From an uncultured bacterium (GTDB lineage: Bacteria; Actinomycetota; Coriobacteriia; Coriobacteriales; Coriobacteriaceae): a DNA stretch of 64,000 nt. The stretch's first letter is position 1, and each line of letters opens with the position of its first letter. This document shows, one piece after another, positions 58,011 through 64,000 of the stretch. The stretch spans positions 10-64,009 of the forward strand of contig CAJMLP010000010.1 of the NCBI GenBank assembly GCA_905214215.1, read 5' to 3'. Both the position numbers and the translations under genes were made by a program. The notes beneath the pieces are model-generated. The model saw nothing but the letters and a program-made list of their open reading frames with translations. It had not been told where the DNA came from and did no database searches.

Positions 58011-59081
58011 CTACACCGGGCACGCCACTGTAGGCAAGCCTCGTCGCTCGTCAAAGCCAAAGACGATATTGGCGCACTGGACTGCTTGGCCCGCAGCGCC
58101 CTTGCACAGATTGTCGATGGCGCCCGTCGCCACCAGCACGCCCGCGCGCTTGTTGAGCGCGAGGCCAATCTGGGCAGCGTTGGTGCCGACGACCGAAGCC
58201 GTCTTGGGCTGCTGGCCGGCATCGAGCACGCGCACAAAGGTGCGACCGGCGTAGAACTGCTTGTAATGGTCGACGACATCCTCAAGAGCCAGCGTGTCGA
58301 GAGCCTGCGGCGCGAGCGGCAGCGTCACCGTGGAGAGCAGACCGCGCTTGAGCGGTGCCAGGTGCGGGGTAAAGACGACGCGATCGGTCAGGCCAAGGAT
58401 TTGCTCAATCTCGGGCGTGTGGCGATGCTTGCCCACGCCGTAGGCCTCCAAGTTCTCGTCGGCGCTGCAAAAATGGGTGCGGGCGTTGCAGGACTTACCG
58501 GCGCCCGTCACGCCGCTAATGGCATCGACAATCACGGGACCGTTCTCGGCCACCCAGCCCGCGCGCACGGCGGGCGCGGCGGCAAGGCTCGTTGCGGTGG
58601 GATAGCAACCGGCGCAGGCGACCAGCACGGGTTTGCCGTCGGCATGGTCGGATGCGGCGGTCTCCAAGTCCTGGCAGAACAGCTCGGGCAGACCGAAGGC
58701 ACGGGTCTTGAGCAGCTCGGGGCTCGTATGCTCGGCGGCATACCAAGCCTCAAAGACGGACGCGTCGTTCAGACGGTAGTCGGCCGAAAGATCAAAGCAG
58801 GAGACGCCCGATGCAAGCAGCGCGGGCACCTGTGCCATGGCAGCCGTGTGCGGCACGGCCAAAAAGACCGCGTCGCAGTTCTTGAGCTCGGGGGCATCAT
58901 GCGTAGTGAAAACCAGATCGCTCACACCAGCAAAGCTCGGATACACCGCGGACAGCGGCTGGCCGGCATCGGCGTTGGACGTAATGGCAACAAGTTCAAA
59001 CTCGGGATGACCGAGGACGAGGCGAATGAGCTCGGCTCCGGCATATCCAGCCGCGCCGACGATTCCAACCTTCAAAGACAT
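58011..59081 (-). CDS. argC: N-acetyl-gamma-glutamyl-phosphate reductase
   Basis: GAAGYAG, DLSADYR, GCYPT, HRHTPEI and DNLCKGAAGQA motifs. Confidence 0.96.
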   Translation of the reverse strand: MSLKVGIVGAAGYAGAELIRLVLGHPEFELVAITSNADAGQPLSAVYPSFAGVSDLVFTTHDAPELKNCDAVFLAVPHTAAMAQVPALLASGVSCFDLSADYRLNDASVFEAWYAAEHTSPELLKTRAFGLPELFCQDLETAASDHADGKPVLVACAGCYPTATSLAAAPAVRAGWVAENGPVIVDAISGVTGAGKSCNARTHFCSADENLEAYGVGKHRHTPEIEQILGLTDRVVFTPHLAPLKRGLLSTVTLPLAPQALDTLALEDVVDHYKQFYAGRTFVRVLDAGQQPKTASVVGTNAAQIGLALNKRAGVLVATGAIDNLCKGAAGQAVQCANIVFGFDERRGLPTVACPV

Positions 59082-59165
59082 ATCAGACTCCTTGTCTGCG
59101 ATTTATGCACCGATGCGCATTTCGCAGCGGTCGTTATGAAGTGGGTTGAAACTTTAGCACCAAAA

Positions 59166-59204
59166 GATGCATGATTACGTAAATGGCTTGCATATTCATG
59201 CATT
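59166..59204. promoter_or_regulatory. Tandem ARG boxes (ArgR operator)
   Basis: TGCATGATTACGTA (59168) and TGCATATTCATGCA (59189) at the canonical 21-bp period upstream of argC. Confidence 0.8.
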
Positions 59205-59338
59205 GAAACATTCCCGACACATTCGCTTGAAGGAATTGACAAATGGAGCGGGCCCCGTATTGACCGGCGCTCCTAACGGCGCCGGGCAATACGGGGCCCG
59301 CCCATGCGAAAACCAAGTTGTTAGGATGAGCCAGCTGG

Positions 59339-59749
59339 CTAGAGCTCGACCGGCACCCATTCGTCGTGATGGCAGATAAAAGCCTCGGGATCCTCGACGC
59401 TAAAGAAGACGAGCGTGGGGTCGTTAGGCCCCTCATAGTGCTCGCCCAGGTGCTCTAGATGCTTCCACCCGGCTTCGCGCATTTCGCCTAAAGCCCGGTC
59501 ATCCAAGCCGGCACGCCCGCGCAAGATAAGCCAGCCATGGCCCGGCCACCAACTCGTGGCCTCAAAGCGCTGGTTTTGCAGCAGCTCTTGCCACACATCT
59601 TTGGTGCGCGCTGTTACAAACCACAGCTTGCCATCCTGGATCTGCGCAAACGAAAACGGACGCACATGAGGCTGTCCGTCAACGCTCGTCGCCAAATACC
59701 ATGCCGGCACCGACGTCAGATACTCCAACACCGTATTCAATCCGTCCAT
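59339..59749 (-). CDS. Pyridoxamine 5'-phosphate oxidase family (FMN-binding split barrel) protein
   Basis: WYLATSVDGQPHVRPF and LWFVTARTKDV motifs. Confidence 0.82.
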   Translation of the reverse strand: MDGLNTVLEYLTSVPAWYLATSVDGQPHVRPFSFAQIQDGKLWFVTARTKDVWQELLQNQRFEATSWWPGHGWLILRGRAGLDDRALGEMREAGWKHLEHLGEHYEGPNDPTLVFFSVEDPEAFICHHDEWVPVEL

Positions 59750-59800
59750 GTGTCCTCCTGGCGCTAGCTAATTCGGAACGGGTAGTTAATTTGAGACGCG

Positions 59801-60247
59801 CTAGAGCTCCAGGCGCTCCTCGCTGCCGTCGATATCACAGAAGCGCGCGGCGATATTGCGGACCGAGAAAAACGCAAGGCGACCGTCGTTGGCGCTCTCG
59901 TGCTTCTCGCCAATGCCCACCATGTGCTTAAAGCCAGCTTCGCGAACGCAGTCGCTCACTACCGCATCGTCCTCGAGCGCGGCCTCGCCGGTCAATACGA
60001 TCCAGCACTCCCCCGGCTTCCAGCCCGAAAGCTCAAACTTGGGGTTCGCGTCGAGCTCTGCCCACACGTCCTTGTCGCGCGACGTGCAAAACCACAGTTT
60101 ACCGTTATCGACCATGGCAAACGAGAACGGCCTTACGCGTGGCTGATGTCCGTCCGTCACGTCGATCGTGGCGAGATACCACGCCGGAATACGCCTAAGA
60201 TACGAACAGGCGCGCTCGAGCTGCGCCGTGCGGTCGTTGTCGGTCAT
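59801..60247 (-). CDS. Pyridoxamine 5'-phosphate oxidase family protein (paralog)
   Basis: WYLAT...QPRVRPF and LWFCTSRDKDV motifs. Confidence 0.82.
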   Translation of the reverse strand: MTDNDRTAQLERACSYLRRIPAWYLATIDVTDGHQPRVRPFSFAMVDNGKLWFCTSRDKDVWAELDANPKFELSGWKPGECWIVLTGEAALEDDAVVSDCVREAGFKHMVGIGEKHESANDGRLAFFSVRNIAARFCDIDGSEERLEL

Positions 60248-60277
60248 AGGGACCCCTTTCTTGCGCTCGAATCGCGC

Positions 60278-61078
60278 CTAAACAAGTTGAAGGTTGACGA
60301 CGATGACACACGCAAACAGCAGCATCGTCACCACCGCAGCCAGCGCATCCCCGCGGCGAAATGCAAGCGCATGCAGACGCGTGCGGCCCTGCTCGCCGTG
60401 ATAGCAGCGTGCATCCATGGCGGCAGACAGCGTCTCGGCATGACGAAATACGCCCGTGAACAGCGGAATTGCCACGCTTGAGAGCATGCGCACGCCGCCG
60501 AGCGGACCACCCGTCACGCGCGCGCCGCGACTTGCCTGCGCGTCCGCCGTCTGCTTCATCTCGGTGGCAAACTGCGGCATAAAGCGCAGCGCGATGCCCA
60601 TGATCATGCCGAGCTCGTGTGCCGGAAGGCCCACGCGCGCAAGCGGCGCGAGCAAACGCTCAAAGCCTGCAGTGAGATCGAGCGTGGGCGTGGTGAGCGT
60701 AATAGCGCTCATACCGGCCATCATCAGGGTCAGGCGGCACGCCATAAACCCGGCGGAATGTAGCGAGCCCTCGCTAATCTGCAGAAAGCCGAGCTGCCAC
60801 AGGATGCGCCCGCTCTGGTCGGTAAATAGGTTGAGCACCGCGACCACCACGACGATCGCCAGCAGCGGCGCCATCGATGACAGGACGCGACAAGCCGGCA
60901 CCCGGGACACGGTATAGATCAGAACAACGAAGATTGCGACCGGGACCAGTCCGCGGAAGCTGTTGACCGTGAGCGTCGTGATCAGAAACACAAAGCCCAA
61001 GAGCAACTTGGTTCGCGGGTCCAGGCGGTGGATTGCACTATCGCCGGGATAGTAGCTGCCAAACGAAAACGCCTCCAT
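60278..61078 (-). CDS. ecfT: ECF transporter T component
   Basis: HRLDPRTKL, IALRFMP, AQASRG and AMDARCY motifs. Confidence 0.92.
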   Translation of the reverse strand: MEAFSFGSYYPGDSAIHRLDPRTKLLLGFVFLITTLTVNSFRGLVPVAIFVVLIYTVSRVPACRVLSSMAPLLAIVVVVAVLNLFTDQSGRILWQLGFLQISEGSLHSAGFMACRLTLMMAGMSAITLTTPTLDLTAGFERLLAPLARVGLPAHELGMIMGIALRFMPQFATEMKQTADAQASRGARVTGGPLGGVRMLSSVAIPLFTGVFRHAETLSAAMDARCYHGEQGRTRLHALAFRRGDALAAVVTMLLFACVIVVNLQLV

Positions 61079-62982
61079 TAGCAGCCCTCCTCTCGCGCGA
61101 CCGTCTTGGATTTAGCAGTGTCCGCGACGTTAGAAGGACCGTCCGAGCGACCGATTAGCAGGTCCACCAACTCGTTTGCCAGCGACTCAACCGTATAGAG
61201 GCCGTCAAAGCGCAGCGGCACGCCTGCCTTCGCAAGCGCCAGCGCCATGCGCTGGGCAGCGGGAACGCCCAAACCGATCGATTTAAGCTCATCCGCATGC
61301 GCAAAAACCTGAGCGGGCGTGCCCTCGGCAAACACCGCGCCTTCGTTCATCACAACGATGCGGTCGCAGCAATTGGCTAGGTCATCCATACTGTGCGAAA
61401 CCATGACAACGGTCAGGCCCTCGTCATGAAAACGGCCAATGAGCTCCAGGAAATCCCTGCGAGCCGCCGGATCGAGACCTGCCATGGGCTCATCGAGTAC
61501 CAGCACCTCGGGCTCCATAGCGAGCACGCCGGCAAACGCCACACGCCGCTGCTGTCCGCCCGAGAGTTCAAAGGGGCTCTTGTCACCTATCATGGCAAGG
61601 TCGAGGCCCACGCGTGCGAGCGATGACGCAACGCGGCGCGCGACCTCGTCTTGCGACAGGCCAAGGTTGCGCGGACCAAATGCCACGTCCTGCACCACGG
61701 TCTCGGCAAACAGCTGACGCTCTGGATACTGAAACACCACGCCGACCTTTGCCTTAACCGCGGCGGCATCTTTCTTGTTTGCCAGGTCGAGCCCCAACGC
61801 GTAAACGGAACCCTCCTGGGGACGAATCAGGCCGTTAAGATGCTGAACCAGCGTCGACTTACCCGAACCGGTATGGCCCGCAAGGCCCAGGAACTCGCCG
61901 CGACGCACCGCTAGCGACACATTGCGCAACGCCCAGGGGCTGCTAGGGTCGTTGCCCCAGAGGGCCTGTTTGTTCGATGCGCCCTCGGCGACTGAGCGCT
62001 TGTGCCAACGGCGACGCTCACGGGCGCTCAGCGAATAGCTATACGAAAGGTGCGAAATCTCGATGACGGGCTCCAGCGCGTCTGCGCCATCGATTGCAGA
62101 GGAGACGTTGTCGGGAATACGAGAATCGGATGCGAAAGGCCGCCCGGCGATGCCTGTCCCACTCCGCTCGGCATAAGTCTGCGCTATATCGGCGACCATA
62201 TCCGCCTCGCGCACCCGTGCGAAAATGGGCACGTCCTTCGCGCGAAGCGCCCTGCCAAGACAGCACGATGCCGGCATATCCAGGTTCAGCCGCGCGAGTT
62301 CGTCCGCCCGCGTCAAGATTTCCTCGGGCGTGCCCAGCATGGCAACGCGGCCCGCTTGGAAGACGGCAACGCGATCGGCCTCAGCGGCCTCTTCCATAAA
62401 GTGCGTAATCATCACGATGGTCATGCCGCGTTCGTGCAGCGCGTGACAGGCCTTCATAAGGCCCTTGCGCCCGCGCGGATCGAGCATCGAGGACGCCTCG
62501 TCCAAAATGAGCACGCGCGGTTCCATGGCGAGCACGCCGGCAAGCGCCACGCGCTGCTTTTGTCCGCCCGAAAGTGCATGGGTCTCGTAGCGCTCGAAGC
62601 CCACCAAACCCACGCCCTTCAGTGCCTCGCGTACGCGCTGCGCGATCTGGGCCGATTCCACCCCAAGGTTTTCGGGACCAAAGGCAACATCGTCCTCGAC
62701 AAGCGTCGCCACCAGCTGATCATCCGGGTTCTGGAATACCATGCCCGCGGTCGAGCGAATGTCGTAGACCAGCTCGGGATCGGACGCGTCCATGCCGTTG
62801 ACGCGCACCGTTCCCGTATCGGGCTGCAGCAGCGCGTTCAAATGCTTGGCGAACGTCGACTTGCCCGACCCGTTGCCGCCGAGGATGCAGAAAAACTCGC
62901 CATCCTCGATGTTCAGATCGATGCCGTCGAGTGCCGGTGTGGCACCGTCATAGCTAAAGGAAACGCCCCGACACTCAATCAT
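61078..62982 (-). CDS. ECF transporter fused double ATPase (A-A')
   Basis: Two Walker A motifs (GNGSGKST, GHTGSGKST), FQNPDDQ and FQYPERQ, two LSGGQ signatures. Confidence 0.92.
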   Translation of the reverse strand: MIECRGVSFSYDGATPALDGIDLNIEDGEFFCILGGNGSGKSTFAKHLNALLQPDTGTVRVNGMDASDPELVYDIRSTAGMVFQNPDDQLVATLVEDDVAFGPENLGVESAQIAQRVREALKGVGLVGFERYETHALSGGQKQRVALAGVLAMEPRVLILDEASSMLDPRGRKGLMKACHALHERGMTIVMITHFMEEAAEADRVAVFQAGRVAMLGTPEEILTRADELARLNLDMPASCCLGRALRAKDVPIFARVREADMVADIAQTYAERSGTGIAGRPFASDSRIPDNVSSAIDGADALEPVIEISHLSYSYSLSARERRRWHKRSVAEGASNKQALWGNDPSSPWALRNVSLAVRRGEFLGLAGHTGSGKSTLVQHLNGLIRPQEGSVYALGLDLANKKDAAAVKAKVGVVFQYPERQLFAETVVQDVAFGPRNLGLSQDEVARRVASSLARVGLDLAMIGDKSPFELSGGQQRRVAFAGVLAMEPEVLVLDEPMAGLDPAARRDFLELIGRFHDEGLTVVMVSHSMDDLANCCDRIVVMNEGAVFAEGTPAQVFAHADELKSIGLGVPAAQRMALALAKAGVPLRFDGLYTVESLANELVDLLIGRSDGPSNVADTAKSKTVAREEGC

Positions 62983-63569
62983 GCGCGGCCTTTGACCTGG
63001 TCCTTCTTGGGCGTGATGAGATTAGAGACCGCCTTGTACACCGCCAGCGTCAACACCGAGTTGAGCACGGTCTTGATAAGGTTAAACGGCAAAACGGCGG
63101 GAAGCATGAGCGGAGCGATCACATCAACCGAGCCATACCAGAACCAAACGCCGATGGTCAGGTTCGCGACCATGGACAGCGCCGTAGCGGCAATGACGCC
63201 GAGCGCCAGGCCAATCACGGCACCCTTGTAGGTGTGCATCTTTTGGTAGACGATAGCCGCAGGCAGAATGTAGCCCAGCGTGGCAACCAGGTTCATAAGC
63301 GCGCCGACCCAGTCACCCGTAGTGAGCGCATGGATAACGATCGCCATGGCGGCAACGGCAGTGCCGGCACCAGGGCCATACGCAAATCCACACACCATCG
63401 CCGGCACCAGCGACGGGTCATACGTCAAAAACGGCGCCGACGGGAGGATGGGCAGCTGCACATACATAAACAGTGCTCCCAGGGCGCACATCAACGCCAT
63501 GGTAACGAGCTGTTTGGTGCTCCACCTATTCGTGTTCTCAAAATGGATATGCTGCGACTGTTCAGACAT
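62979..63569 (-). CDS. ribU: ECF S component, riboflavin transporter RibU-like
   Basis: PFLTYDPSLVP, YGP and LPFNLIK motifs; FMN riboswitch directly upstream. Confidence 0.85.
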   Translation of the reverse strand: MSEQSQHIHFENTNRWSTKQLVTMALMCALGALFMYVQLPILPSAPFLTYDPSLVPAMVCGFAYGPGAGTAVAAMAIVIHALTTGDWVGALMNLVATLGYILPAAIVYQKMHTYKGAVIGLALGVIAATALSMVANLTIGVWFWYGSVDVIAPLMLPAVLPFNLIKTVLNSVLTLAVYKAVSNLITPKKDQVKGRA

Positions 63570-63576
63570 AAGATCA

Positions 63577-63765
63577 CCTGCCTCTTTCATCCGGACTCTA
63601 ACCGTTGGTACTGGAATCTCACCAGTTCAGCCGGCATGCGAACCAACGCACACACGGGTCGCGGACTCATCGGCTCGGTCGCAGGCACTTTACCTGCTCC
63701 ACGGCGCCCCTTTGACACCGCCCGATTTACCGCCAGTGGGGAATTTCACCCCGCCCTGAAACAGC
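63577..63765 (-). ncRNA. FMN riboswitch (RFN element)
   Basis: TTCAGGGCGGGGTGAAATTCCCCACTGGCGGT...AGTCCGCGA...GAACTGGTGAGATTCCAGTACCAACGGTTAGAGTCCGGATGAAAGA; its 3' strand overlaps the RBS. Confidence 0.93.
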
Positions 63766-64000
63766 AATTGCAAGTGTAGCACGAGCAATCGTTCGCGCAA
63801 GTATGCCAAGGGTAATTTGTGGCGGGGACCAGTTGCCGCAACAACCACGTCCTCCATCCACCCCAAAGCAGCGCGCCTTTCGCGCAAAGCGCGAAACAGC
63901 GACCGGGATACGTACCCCCATCAACCACGATCTCCGCCCACGCCGACCTCAAGGCCGTAAACGCAGGGGATCCGGGGGCGTGACGGGGCTTCTCTCCGGA

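Noticed and set aside
1..64000. Prophage, integrase or IS transposase explaining the repeats
   Set aside because: No ORF in the track shows recombinase, DDE, HUH or phage structural motifs that I can recognise.

Overview
GC-rich bacterial chromosome segment. Gene content and order suggest a gut Coriobacteriia actinobacterium such as Collinsella (inference, not a database match). The backbone is housekeeping: asnS, an ABC importer, the tRNA-tuf-rpmG-secE-nusG-rplKA cluster, disA-ispDF-cysS-rlmB-yacP, clpC, lysS, greA, tatA, ispE, veg, dtd, rdgB, rph, murI, a Mur ligase, asnB, argCJBD and an FMN-riboswitch-controlled ECF transporter. There are 7 tRNAs and Mn (yybP-ykoY) and FMN riboswitches. 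Accessory modules are a ParB-like/BMP plus phosphoesterase pair, an ECF sigma/anti-sigma pair, a collapsed leu operon with an intact attenuator, an RpiR-GH1-PTS island, and HipBA and PIN toxin-antitoxin loci. The least explained signal is non-coding: at least four families of dispersed palindromic elements. These include two arrays of alternating inverted repeats with fixed-length but unrelated spacers, and hairpins that sit at accessory-cassette borders and are duplicated across two of them. No cognate transposase, recombinase or Cas gene is in the window, so any mechanism is inferred.
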